A DNA stretch of 32,000 nucleotides from Candidatus Saccharimonadota bacterium (GCF_025021925.1 NZ_CP092368.1:510001-542000), one strand, 5' to 3'. Numbered from the stretch's first letter, positions 1-10,027 are shown. The notes: generated by a model from the letters alone, not told the origin. Translations and numbers: made by a program.

Positions 1-762
1 TGTAAAATTTCAGGTGCAACAGGTAATTTTACTCATATTCACCCATTTATTGAACAATATGTAGCAAAAAAAATGGGTTTAGTACCTGAAACTATTTCAT
101 CACAAGTAATCCCACGTGATAGACATGCGATATTTTTTTCTGTATTAGCTGTACTTGCAAGTTCAATAGAAAATATTGCAATTGAAATACGTCATTTACA
201 AAAAACTGAAATTGGGGAACTATCTGAGTATTTTGCAATTGGACAAAAAGGCAGTTCTGCAATGCCACATAAATGCAATCCTATTCTCAGCGAGAATCTC
301 ACAGGACTATCACGTTTAATAAGAAGCTATGTATTTCCTGCATTAGAAAATGTTGCATTATGGCATGAACGAGATATATCTCATTCTTCTGTAGAGAGAG
401 TTATTGCTCCTGATGCTTGTATTACAATGGATTTTGCTTTAGTGAGATTAATAGATTTATTAGAGAAGATAGTCATTCATGAAGTCATGATTACAAAAAA
501 TGTAAATAAATCACAAGGGTTAATTTTTTCTCAGCGTATATTACTTGAGTTAATAAATAGAAATGTAACAAGAGAAGATGCGTATCATATTGTTCAGAGA
601 AATGTCATGAGAATGAAACAAAATGACATCGATTTTCTTACTGCGCTCAAACAAGATGAATTACTACTGAAAATTATTAATTTAGAAACACTTGAATCTT
701 TATTTGACTTAAAATATTATTCTCAACATATAGACTATATCTACGATCAAGTGTTTAATTAG
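1..762 (+). CDS. purB: Adenylosuccinate lyase, C-terminal part (5' end lies outside the window)
   Basis: Frame 1 is open from base 1 (CKISGATGNFTHIHPFIEQYVAKK precedes the track's Met at 73). It contains the PurB signature region GQKGSSAMPHKCNPILSEN and WHERDISHSS, and is collinear with PurB as I remember it from Bacillus. Stop codon TAG at 760-762. Confidence 0.93.
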   Translation, partial: CKISGATGNFTHIHPFIEQYVAKKMGLVPETISSQVIPRDRHAIFFSVLAVLASSIENIAIEIRHLQKTEIGELSEYFAIGQKGSSAMPHKCNPILSENLTGLSRLIRSYVFPALENVALWHERDISHSSVERVIAPDACITMDFALVRLIDLLEKIVIHEVMITKNVNKSQGLIFSQRILLELINRNVTREDAYHIVQRNVMRMKQNDIDFLTALKQDELLLKIINLETLESLFDLKYYSQHIDYIYDQVFN

Positions 763-834
763 GCTGAGTAGCTCAGTTGGTAGAGCAGGAGAATCATAAT
801 CTCTTAGTCGGGGGTTCAAGTCCCTCCTCAGCCT
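762..834 (+). tRNA. tRNA with anticodon CAT (Met-type by anticodon; body resembles the lysidine-modified tRNA-Ile2 class)
   Basis: Manual cloverleaf: acceptor GGCTGAG/CTCAGCC, D arm GCTC-AGTTGGTA-GAGC, anticodon arm GGAGA-ATCATAA-TCTCT, T arm GGGGG-TTCAAGT-CCCTC, discriminator T, no encoded CCA. G1:C72 pairs, so it is not an initiator. The segment AGAGCAGG.GA.TCATAATC.CTT.GTCG..GGTTCAAGTCC is close to E. coli ileX as I recall it. Confidence 0.9.
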
Positions 835-962
835 CTTCTCTGTAAAGAAACACTCAAAATGAAATGTCTTGCATTCACTCTATTGCAATGAAAATCTATA
901 TTTCTCAAATATATTATGTTAATTCAAGATTCATACATATATATTCTTTATTAAAATGTATT

Positions 963-1163
963 CTACTTAAGTTTTTCTTCCTTGAATAATATATGATATC
1001 TAACGATAGGATCGTATTTTATCATTTCTAATTTATTAGTCACTCTTTTTGGATTGCGTCTTTTTATATAAAAATAACCTGTAGGTTTTTTATGACCATC
1101 ATTTGTAATTTTAGTTGCAGTACTAACCAATTTTACAAGTAAAGAAGTACTTTTTTTGGCCAT
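963..1163 (-). CDS. rpmG: 50S ribosomal protein L33 (with an internal loop insertion)
   Basis: VKLVSTA...[36 protein letters not shown] is collinear with the L33 family. It is 66 aa against about 55 aa typical, because of the insertion [11 protein letters not shown]. Confidence 0.9.
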   Translation of the reverse strand: MAKKSTSLLVKLVSTATKITNDGHKKPTGYFYIKRRNPKRVTNKLEMIKYDPIVRYHILFKEEKLK

Positions 1164-1316
1164 AACTTTTTATTAAAAAACTCTTATAGAGTAATCTAAC
1201 ATATTAAAAGCATATAAGTCAAGTGCTATAAGAGAATCTTATGAATTGTAAAAATCTTGACATATGACTATAAATTAGAGTATGAGAAATAAAAAGTAAA
1301 CGGTTAAAATTTAAGA

Positions 1317-3062
1317 GTGGCAAGTAATAATAAAGGGTTGCTTCTAATAGAAAATTCTATTTGTTCTGATGAAATTAGAATAGCCCTGTCGGTGAATAAT
1401 CATATTATAGCATTTGAACAAGAATTTAAGCATAAAAAACAATTAAGAGGGAATATATATATTGCTTATGTTAAGCGTATTGAACCTTCTTTACAAGCTG
1501 TATTTATTGAATATGGTAATAATAGACAAGGATTTTTATCATTCTCAGAAATTTCTCCAGAATATTTTAACATTCCAGAACAAGAGAAACAAGCTCTTTT
1601 TGAGAGTGATACAAACAATCAATCTATAGAGGAAAATCTAGTACGCAGCACGCCTGATTTATTAGATGATCAGAATCATTGTAATAGCACGAATGAATTA
1701 CCACTATATAAAAAATATAAATTACAGGATGTGATTTTAGTAAATCAAAAATTATTAGTACAATTAACTAAAGAAGAGCGAAGCAATAAAGGTGCATCAT
1801 TTACAACATATATTACTCTTGTTGGTAGATACTGTGTGTTTATGCCAAATACAATGAGTAAAGGTGGTATATCTCGTAAAATTGAAGATATTAATATAAG
1901 AAAACAGTTAAAAGAGATTTTGAATTCAATACAGCTACCTCAGAGGTCATGTTTGATAATTCGCACTATTGGCTCTGGGCAAGATCAAAAAGAGATTGAG
2001 AAAGATTTTAATTACTTATCTGTCTTATGGGAAAATATTCAAAAAAATGCTTCTAGAATGGAGATATCATCACTTATTTATAATGAAGCAGATATTGTAA
2101 TGAAATCTGTACGAGATTTTTGTAGTAAAGATATAGAAGTGATTGTTTCTGGAAAAGAAGCTTTCGAATCAATACAACACTATGTCAAAAATATACTACA
2201 AGATCATCAGTTACGTTGTAGATTATATAGAGGTCTCATTCCAATCTTTACTTATTATGGCATTGAAAATCAAATTTCTGAATTATATGACAATAAAGTG
2301 AAACTTCCATCTGGAGGTTCTGTGATTATTTCATTAACTGAAGCATTAGTCGCAATAGACGTGAATTCAGGGAAAATGACAGGAGAAGAAAGTATAGAAG
2401 AAACAGCTTATAAAACAAATATGGAAGCAGTGCTTGAAATCTCTAGACAAGTAAATCTGAGAGGCTTATCAGGATTAATAGTGATCGATTTTATTGACAT
2501 GGTCAGACATCAATATTGTAGAGCCGTTGAATCTTCTATGAAACAAGCATTTAAGAATGATAAAGCTAAGATACAATTTAGTTTTATCAATGATTTTGGT
2601 TTAATGGTTATATCTAGACAAAGAATAAAACCAAATATACAAGAAATTAATACTATAGAATGTATACATTGTAAAGGTCTTGGAAGAGTAAAATCACATG
2701 AGGTGATTGTGGCATCAATATTAAGAAATCTACAGTATGTAGCTCAAAAACATCATAATAAATGGTTTGAATTAATTGCATGTGGTATTTTAATATCATA
2801 TATTTTTAATAATAATCGTGATGCAATTACATCAATTGAAAAAGAATATAATGTCATGCTACATATTACTGTTGACAATACTTTAGATATTAATACCTTC
2901 TTTTTAAGACAAGGAGATAACATTCATTTAGATAATTGTACACCATTGCAAAATTCCAAATATCAAGTTGATTCTTTCAACCAGCATACAGAAAAGACTA
3001 GATGTAATATAAAAAGCAGCTTCTGGTTAACTAAATGGCTTGGACGTTTTTTTGAACTTTAA
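1317..3062 (+). CDS. rne: Ribonuclease E/G family endoribonuclease (compact form)
   Basis: S1 domain GNIYIAYVKRIEPSLQAVFIEYG; catalytic motifs LVAIDVNSG and GLIVIDFIDM; Zn-link CIHCKGLG. GTG start at 1317, with TTG at 1338 as an alternative. Confidence 0.88.
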   Translation: MASNNKGLLLIENSICSDEIRIALSVNNHIIAFEQEFKHKKQLRGNIYIAYVKRIEPSLQAVFIEYGNNRQGFLSFSEISPEYFNIPEQEKQALFESDTNNQSIEENLVRSTPDLLDDQNHCNSTNELPLYKKYKLQDVILVNQKLLVQLTKEERSNKGASFTTYITLVGRYCVFMPNTMSKGGISRKIEDINIRKQLKEILNSIQLPQRSCLIIRTIGSGQDQKEIEKDFNYLSVLWENIQKNASRMEISSLIYNEADIVMKSVRDFCSKDIEVIVSGKEAFESIQHYVKNILQDHQLRCRLYRGLIPIFTYYGIENQISELYDNKVKLPSGGSVIISLTEALVAIDVNSGKMTGEESIEETAYKTNMEAVLEISRQVNLRGLSGLIVIDFIDMVRHQYCRAVESSMKQAFKNDKAKIQFSFINDFGLMVISRQRIKPNIQEINTIECIHCKGLGRVKSHEVIVASILRNLQYVAQKHHNKWFELIACGILISYIFNNNRDAITSIEKEYNVMLHITVDNTLDINTFFLRQGDNIHLDNCTPLQNSKYQVDSFNQHTEKTRCNIKSSFWLTKWLGRFFEL

Positions 3063-3090
3063 CGATATATTATAATCCTATAATTACACT

Positions 3091-3119
3091 CTTGTAATTC
3101 ATATATGATATGCTTATAT
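3091..3119 (+). promoter_or_regulatory. Candidate RpoH (sigma-32)-type heat-shock promoter for dnaK
   Basis: CTTG (3091-3094), an 18-nt spacer, then CTTATAT (3113-3119). This matches the alphaproteobacterial heat-shock consensus CTTG-N17/18-CYTATNT as I recall it. It sits about 45 nt upstream of the dnaK ATG. AT-rich background, so this is a motif match only. Confidence 0.35.
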
Positions 3120-3165
3120 ATCGGTATATCGAATGATACTTAAAAACAAAAGGGGGATACTGATT

Positions 3166-5097
3166 ATGGGAAGAGCAATAGGAATAGATTTAGGCACAAC
3201 AAATTCTTGTGTAGCAATCATGCAAGGTAAAGATACAAAAGTGATTGAGAACAAGGAAGGAGCACGAACTACTCCATCTATAGTTGCGATAACTGCATCA
3301 GGTGAAAGATTAGTGGGTGCACCAGCAAAGAGACAGGCAACAACTAATGCAAGCAATACCTTTTTTGCAACTAAAAGATTAATAGGTCGCCAATACGGTG
3401 ATGAAGAGATGAAAGATTTAAATGTTCCGTATAAAATCTTTGCAGCGAAAAATAGTGATATATGGGTGAAGACGACTGATGGTAAAGAATATTCACCTAG
3501 TCAGATTGGTGCTTTTATATTACAAAATATGAAAGAGGCAGCTGAATCTTATATAGGAGAAGAAATAAAAGACGCTGTGATAACAGTTCCAGCCTATTTT
3601 AATGATTCTCAACGTCAAGCTACAAAAGATGCAGGAAAAATAGCAGGGTTAAACGTACTCAGAATCATTAATGAACCTACTGCTGCAGCACTTGCTTATG
3701 GGCTTGATAAGAAACATGGTCATACAATAGTAGTATATGATCTTGGTGGTGGTACATTTGATGTTTCAATACTAGAAATAGGAGAAGGAGTATTTGAAGT
3801 AAAAGCGACAAATGGTGATACCCATCTTGGAGGTGAAGATTTTGATAATGCACTTATGAAATATCTTTTGAATGAATTTCAAAAAACCAGTGGTATTAAT
3901 TTAGGTAAAGATCCAATGGCTATGCAAAGAATCAAGGAAGCCGCTGAAAAAGCAAAGATTGAGCTATCCAGTGCATTAGAAACAGAAGTAAACCTACCGT
4001 TTATAACAGCTGATGCAAGCGGACCAAAACATTTAAATATAAAATTAACGCGCGCTAAACTTGAAAGTTTAGTAAACGATTTAATCGAAAGAACAATAGC
4101 GCCATGTAAGAAAGCTCTTGAAGATGCTGGATTATCTAATAATCAAATTGGAGAAGTTGTGCTTGTAGGCGGTATGACACGTATGCCTAAAGTTATAGAT
4201 CAAGTACGACAATTTTTTGGTAAAGATCCACATAGAGGAGTAAATCCGGATGAAGTTGTGGCAATTGGAGCTGCAATACAAGCAGGAATTATTCAAGGAG
4301 ATGTTAGAGATGTTTTGCTATTAGATGTCACGCCTCTTTCTCTCGGTATTGAAACTTTAGGTGGAGTCTTCACATCATTAATTGAACGAAATACTACTAT
4401 TCCTACTAAAAAATCTCAGATTTTTTCAACTGCTGAAGATAAGCAAACAGCTGTGACAATAAAAGTATATCAAGGTGAGAGAAAATTTGCTAATGATAAT
4501 ATGTTACTTGGTCAATTTACTCTAGAAGGAATCCCTTCTGCTCCTCGAGGTATACCACAGATTGAAGTAACTTTTGATATCGATGCTAATGGTATTGCGC
4601 ATGTCTCTGCACAAGATAAAACAACTGGTAAAGAACAGAAGATACGTATTCAATCTTCAGGTGGATTATCTGATGATGAGATAAAGCGTATGATACGAGA
4701 AGCTGAAGAAAAAGCACATGAAGATGAAAAGCGTAAAAAATTTATTGAAATAAAGAATCAGGCAGATAATTTAATCCATTCTACAGAAACATCTTTACAG
4801 GAATATGGCGATAAAATCACTCCTCATGATAAATCTGAGATCGAACATGGCTTAAATGCATTAAAAGAGGCAAGTAAATCTGAGAATATTGATCATACTG
4901 ATATGATTCAACAAAAACTTACCACGCTGTCTCAATTATCTATGAAACTTGGAGAAGCTATGTATCAGGCATCTCAACAGAAAGATGAAACAACGAAGAA
5001 TAATCATTCTGATGATCATTCTTCAGATAATAAAGAAGGAATCGTAGATTCTGATTATCAAGATATAGATAATACAAAGGATAAAGATAAAAAATAG
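3166..5097 (+). CDS. dnaK: Molecular chaperone DnaK (Hsp70)
   Basis: [27 protein letters not shown] and [10 protein letters not shown] motifs. ATG at 3166 is preceded by a GGGGGA Shine-Dalgarno at 3152-3157. The track's 3133 start adds 11 non-conserved residues. Confidence 0.96.
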   Translation: MGRAIGIDLGTTNSCVAIMQGKDTKVIENKEGARTTPSIVAITASGERLVGAPAKRQATTNASNTFFATKRLIGRQYGDEEMKDLNVPYKIFAAKNSDIWVKTTDGKEYSPSQIGAFILQNMKEAAESYIGEEIKDAVITVPAYFNDSQRQATKDAGKIAGLNVLRIINEPTAAALAYGLDKKHGHTIVVYDLGGGTFDVSILEIGEGVFEVKATNGDTHLGGEDFDNALMKYLLNEFQKTSGINLGKDPMAMQRIKEAAEKAKIELSSALETEVNLPFITADASGPKHLNIKLTRAKLESLVNDLIERTIAPCKKALEDAGLSNNQIGEVVLVGGMTRMPKVIDQVRQFFGKDPHRGVNPDEVVAIGAAIQAGIIQGDVRDVLLLDVTPLSLGIETLGGVFTSLIERNTTIPTKKSQIFSTAEDKQTAVTIKVYQGERKFANDNMLLGQFTLEGIPSAPRGIPQIEVTFDIDANGIAHVSAQDKTTGKEQKIRIQSSGGLSDDEIKRMIREAEEKAHEDEKRKKFIEIKNQADNLIHSTETSLQEYGDKITPHDKSEIEHGLNALKEASKSENIDHTDMIQQKLTTLSQLSMKLGEAMYQASQQKDETTKNNHSDDHSSDNKEGIVDSDYQDIDNTKDKDKK

Positions 5098-5199
5098 ATG
5101 ATAAAATAAAGGAGATAGCAAAAAAAACAAGGGGAATATAGATGAAGAGAGAAAAAGCAGTCTAATATATCACTCTTTACTTGTTTGTTGTACTGAGAT

Positions 5200-5538
5200 A
5201 TGGATCTTTTTAAGATTATAGAAAAAAAAATTCATGATGCATTACATTGTGTTGATGTTCAGATCAGAAATGATTCTTATAAACATATAGATCATTACAA
5301 CTCTCCTCTTATTTCCACTATTCCACTATCTTCACATATAAATATAATGTTAATTTGCGATTTTTTTATCAATATGACACTTATTAAGAGACATCGCATG
5401 ATATATGACTTGTTAAGTGAAGAGCTTAATTTAATACATGCATTATCTCTTCAGATATATACAATAAGTGAATTTGAATTAAAGAAATCTCAAAAAAATA
5501 AACACAAATCTACTCATATCCATTATACTTCAAACTGA
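5200..5538 (+). CDS. bolA: BolA family protein
   Basis: NDSYKH...SSH...KRHRMIYDLLSEEL..IHALSLQIYT is collinear with E. coli BolA (RHRMIY...HALAL.TYT). Confidence 0.82.
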   Translation: MDLFKIIEKKIHDALHCVDVQIRNDSYKHIDHYNSPLISTIPLSSHINIMLICDFFINMTLIKRHRMIYDLLSEELNLIHALSLQIYTISEFELKKSQKNKHKSTHIHYTSN

Positions 5539-5640
5539 TACGAAAAAAATACTTCTTTTTGGGGCCTGTATTAAAAATACATATAAGAGGATTATACAAT
5601 GCACAACAGAGATATTTATCAATCAATATATTGTCTTATC

Positions 5641-6192
5641 TTAATATTTAAAAAATGTATATGAAAGAGTCATCTCGCTTAAATATTTCGTGCTTTCATC
5701 TTTCAAAATATCTGGATGTATATAGAAAGACACTGGCATAATAGCTTTTTGTTGTGGTAGTAATTCTTGTTGATTAAAACAGAAACATGCAATTTTTTTG
5801 AAATATTTACCTGCTTTAAAAGGAGTCACATTATACACTGCTATACCAATCAAAGGAATATCAGAGAGATTTTGTGCATAATAAAAAGCTAAACTTTGCT
5901 TTCCTATATTCACATCAATATAATTGATCTCTGAATGAAATGTCCAAGGTAGATCAGGCATGATATCAGCATTCAATCGTACTCTAATCTTTCGATTTTG
6001 AGTTAGAGTTTCTAAAATATTAGTATTATAATCTTTTGAAACTGTACCTCCATAACCAGTAGTTTTGCATAAAAGACTATATAAGGGTACAGATGCATAA
6101 CTAATACATAACATTAAAATCACGATAGAAATTAAAAAGAATGCTATAGAGCTTTTCTTACTAGTGCTATGGGCAATGGATACTAAAGACAC
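5641..6192 (-). CDS. ctaG: Cytochrome c oxidase assembly protein CtaG/Cox11
   Basis: N-terminal TM helix, then the Cox11 signatures LCKTTGYGGT and CFCFNQQ. Confidence 0.9.
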   Translation of the reverse strand: MSLVSIAHSTSKKSSIAFFLISIVILMLCISYASVPLYSLLCKTTGYGGTVSKDYNTNILETLTQNRKIRVRLNADIMPDLPWTFHSEINYIDVNIGKQSLAFYYAQNLSDIPLIGIAVYNVTPFKAGKYFKKIACFCFNQQELLPQQKAIMPVSFYIHPDILKDESTKYLSEMTLSYTFFKY

Positions 6193-6200
6193 ATTTTTGA

Positions 6201-6923
6201 TTAATCTTTATTATTAGAAAAATGGAAGACTCTTAGTAAATTAAGAAATATATTAATAAAGTTAAAATATAGACTAGTTGCAGCAAGAATTGCTAGTTTA
6301 ATAGTTATTATTTCATCTGTGCCGTAATTATATTTATAATAAATATCCTTAATCCTTTGAGCATCATATGCAGTAAGTAAAGTAAAAATTATGACTGAAA
6401 TTAAAGAAATTGCAAAGTAGATTGGAGTACTACCAAGAAACATATTCACTATCGTTGCAATGATTAATCCCCAAATACCCATCAATAAAAAAGAGCCGAT
6501 ACTTGTCAGATCTCTTTTTGTAATATTACCATATAAAGACATCGAGCTAAACATAATAGATGTAATTAAAAATGCTCTTGTAATATTTTCTGTGGTATAA
6601 ATAATAAATACATATGATAAAGAGAAACCCATTAATACAGAAAATAGAAAAAACATAACTACTGTAGACTGATAACTGAGATCTTGTAGCTTATAAGACA
6701 TGTAAAATACTAATACTACTGGAGAGAATGTTACTATCAGTGATAAGAGAGGGGTATAATAAATGATTTGAAAAAGGCCACAAAAAACTGTTAGAAAGGC
6801 AACAATTGCGGTAATGCCTAATGCAATAGCCATATAGTTATATACTTTCGTAAGATAATTCTTTAATCCTACATTATAGTAAATTCTTTGAGAGTAGGTA
6901 TCTTGCTCATTTATATAAGACAT
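6201..6923 (-). CDS. Bax inhibitor-1/YccA family inner-membrane protein
   Basis: Seven-TM profile. N-terminus YLTKVYNYMAIALGITAIVAF and C-terminal region TAYDAQRIK are typical of the BI-1/YccA family. Strong AAGGAG Shine-Dalgarno 9 nt upstream of the ATG. Confidence 0.82.
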   Translation of the reverse strand: MSYINEQDTYSQRIYYNVGLKNYLTKVYNYMAIALGITAIVAFLTVFCGLFQIIYYTPLLSLIVTFSPVVLVFYMSYKLQDLSYQSTVVMFFLFSVLMGFSLSYVFIIYTTENITRAFLITSIMFSSMSLYGNITKRDLTSIGSFLLMGIWGLIIATIVNMFLGSTPIYFAISLISVIIFTLLTAYDAQRIKDIYYKYNYGTDEIITIKLAILAATSLYFNFINIFLNLLRVFHFSNNKD

Positions 6924-6960
6924 AGATTATAGCTCCTTCACTTATGATGATAATATTAAA

Positions 6961-6989
6961 ATTATAATGTGAAAAAATTATTCTATCAA
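6961..6989 (-). promoter_or_regulatory. Candidate sigma-70 promoter for the BI-1-family gene / ctaG pair
   Basis: On the minus strand: TTGATA (6989-6984), a 17-nt spacer, then TATAAT (6966-6961). This is about 38 nt upstream of the ATG at 6923. Confidence 0.4.
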
Positions 6990-7003
6990 GTAGAAAAATC
7001 TTT

Positions 7004-7090
7004 ATTTTATAATCATGTCTTCACATAAAGAGATTTTATAATCATGTCTTCACATAAAGAGATTTTATAATCATGTCTTCACATAAAGAG
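7004..7090. repeat. Perfect 29-bp tandem repeat, 3.0 copies (ATTTTATAATCATGTCTTCACATAAAGAG)
   Basis: Copies at 7004-7032, 7033-7061 and 7062-7090 are identical base for base. The third copy contains the last 5 codons, the stop codon and 9 nt of 3' flank of rlmB. Confidence 0.97.
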
Positions 7091-7817
7091 AGTATAAAAC
7101 TATTGCTGCAGCATTTGATACATTTAAACTATTCACAACTTTTGTAGTTGGAATCTTTAAGAGATAATCACAGTGACTTTTTACTAGTGTTCTGATGCCT
7201 CGATCTTCAGAACCAAAAATAATTACCCTTTTATCTGCAAAACAGACTATATGTTCTAGATTTTCTCCTACATTACAATCAAAGCCATAACACCAATAAT
7301 GCATTTCTTTTAAAGAATCTATAGTTTGCACTATATTTGTCACATATAATAATGGAACATTTTCTAGTGCACCACTTGCTGCTTTTGCAAGTAATGAGAA
7401 TTCATTAGGTGAATAATGACGAGGTAAAATTAATACATCTACATTAAAACAAGCTGCAGTTCTTAAAATAGAACCAATGTTACGCATATCTGTTACTTGA
7501 TCTAAAATGACTATAGTAGAATGCGATCTATTAGCTATTTCTGCAAGATTCAAATTATTCATAATAAGACTATCCACTTTTAAAGCAATACCTTGATGAT
7601 AAGTACCATGAAAAAGTTTATTAAGAAATATATTTTGTACTAATTCTAGTGTAATACATTTATTTTCTATGAATTGCTTGATCTTTTGATAATATCCATG
7701 ATAAGTAGCGTCTGTCATTAATATCTTAATGCATCTTCTCTTTTTATTTTGTAGTGCTGAGATACATGTATGCTTACCATATAACCATATCTTTCTATGT
7801 ATTTGCTGTGCAGTCAT
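7071..7817 (-). CDS. rlmB: 23S rRNA (guanosine-2'-O)-methyltransferase, SpoU/TrmH family (RlmB-like)
   Basis: N-terminal substrate-binding domain (WLYGKHTCISALQN) plus SpoU motifs LDQVTDMRNIGSILRTA, IIFGSEDRGI and LNVSNAAAIVLY. Confidence 0.88.
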   Translation of the reverse strand: MTAQQIHRKIWLYGKHTCISALQNKKRRCIKILMTDATYHGYYQKIKQFIENKCITLELVQNIFLNKLFHGTYHQGIALKVDSLIMNNLNLAEIANRSHSTIVILDQVTDMRNIGSILRTAACFNVDVLILPRHYSPNEFSLLAKAASGALENVPLLYVTNIVQTIDSLKEMHYWCYGFDCNVGENLEHIVCFADKRVIIFGSEDRGIRTLVKSHCDYLLKIPTTKVVNSLNVSNAAAIVLYSLYVKT

Positions 7818-8082
7818 TGTAATAATAATTTATAATATCATTATCTTTATAGTAATCATTCTATGGAGAATGCTATTTATATTGCTAATATTTTAAGGTA
7901 TTTTTATCAGAATCATGACATATTGTGTTTTGTGATCATGCATATTAAAAAATTACACATGATAAATTCTTTTTAATTACTCAATTATAGATTATGAGAC
8001 GATAACATAAAATATCAAATTCTAATTTGAAGAGTTTATTACAAGAAAAACAGTACAATAATATACATAAAACAATGATATA

Positions 8083-8114
8083 TCATTACATTAGGTCATT
8101 ACATTAGGTCATTA
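8083..8114. repeat. 13-bp tandem repeat, about 2.4 copies (TCATTACATTAGG)
   Basis: Identical units at 8083-8095 and 8096-8108, plus a partial TCATTA at 8109-8114. Confidence 0.85.
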
Positions 8115-8258
8115 TTAATCAGAATTTAATTCTGTACAATAAACGTTTATCGAGTAAATTATCCTAAATACAGGCTAAGATAAATAAATATTTTTTTAAA
8201 ATTATTATCATATTAAAACTACAATTCTGTATTTTAATAAAGTGCATATAAAAATCTA

Positions 8259-8285
8259 TTGACATAAGAATTATTATGTTATAAC
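8259..8285 (+). promoter_or_regulatory. Candidate 16S rRNA promoter
   Basis: TTGACA (8259-8264) followed by the extended -10-like TGtTATAAC (8277-8285). The spacer is only 15 nt, or 17 nt to a weaker TAACAA. It lies about 145 nt upstream of the mature 16S 5' end and upstream of the leader helix arm. Confidence 0.3.
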
Positions 8286-8334
8286 AATTAAAACCTAATT
8301 GAGATGTTTGAATAGTTATAAAAATCATATTTCT

Positions 8335-8359
8335 AAAGTAGAAATAAAGACAGCAGTAT
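8335..8359 (+). other. 16S precursor leader arm of the processing helix (pairs with 9975-9999)
   Basis: AAAGTAGAAATAAAGACAGCAGTAT is the reverse complement of 9975-9999, except for one A.C mismatch (8344/9990). Confidence 0.8.
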
Positions 8360-8426
8360 TAAGCTAAATTATTTATTCGGATATTTATCCGAAGTTACTT
8401 CAATTTAAATTATAGAGTTGAAGTCA

Positions 8427-9923
<1,497 letters not shown>

Positions 9924-9974
9924 AGCTGTGTGTATAATACATTTCTCATTATCATGGAGATGTTTTTATATACG

Positions 9975-9999
9975 ATACTGCTGTCTTTACTTCTACTTT
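9975..9999 (+). other. 16S precursor trailer arm of the processing helix (pairs with 8335-8359)
   Basis: ATACTGCTGTCTTTACTTCTACTTT gives 24/25 complementarity to the leader arm. Confidence 0.8.
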
Positions 10000-10027
10000 A
10001 ACATTTCTCTACCAGGTAACTAACTTT

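Noticed and set aside
3114-3356. Other short antisense or overlapping ORFs in the track: 3114-3356(-), 11935-12117(-), 16946-17194(+), 20164-20349(+), 20834-21031(+), 21218-21406(+), 25067-25282(+), 27188-27424(+) and 30589-30783(+).
   Set aside because: Each is fully embedded antisense in a confidently identified conserved gene (dnaK, rplT, fabD, tatC, gap, gap, coxB, ribB, rpoA). All are 60-82 aa with no family resemblance.
8115-8134. CtrA-box-like TTAA-N7-TTAA (8115-8129) overlapping a perfect 15-nt palindrome CAGAATTTAATTCTG (8120-8134) in the spacer upstream of 16S. I considered a cell-cycle regulator site or an origin-related element.
   Set aside because: At this base composition I estimate several TTAA-N7-TTAA sites and several palindromes with 7-bp arms by chance in 32 kb. 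There are no clustered DnaA boxes or repeated sites nearby to support an origin or regulon claim.
9939-9967. Possible intrinsic terminator just after 16S: ACATTTCT / GGAGATGT stem (8 bp including 3 G.U pairs), 9-nt loop, then TTTT.
   Set aside because: The stem is weak, AU/GU-rich and has only two G-C pairs. It also lies inside the leader/trailer processing helix, so it would have to be transcribed through for that helix to form. I list it only as the best counter-evidence to 16S-sdhCD read-through.
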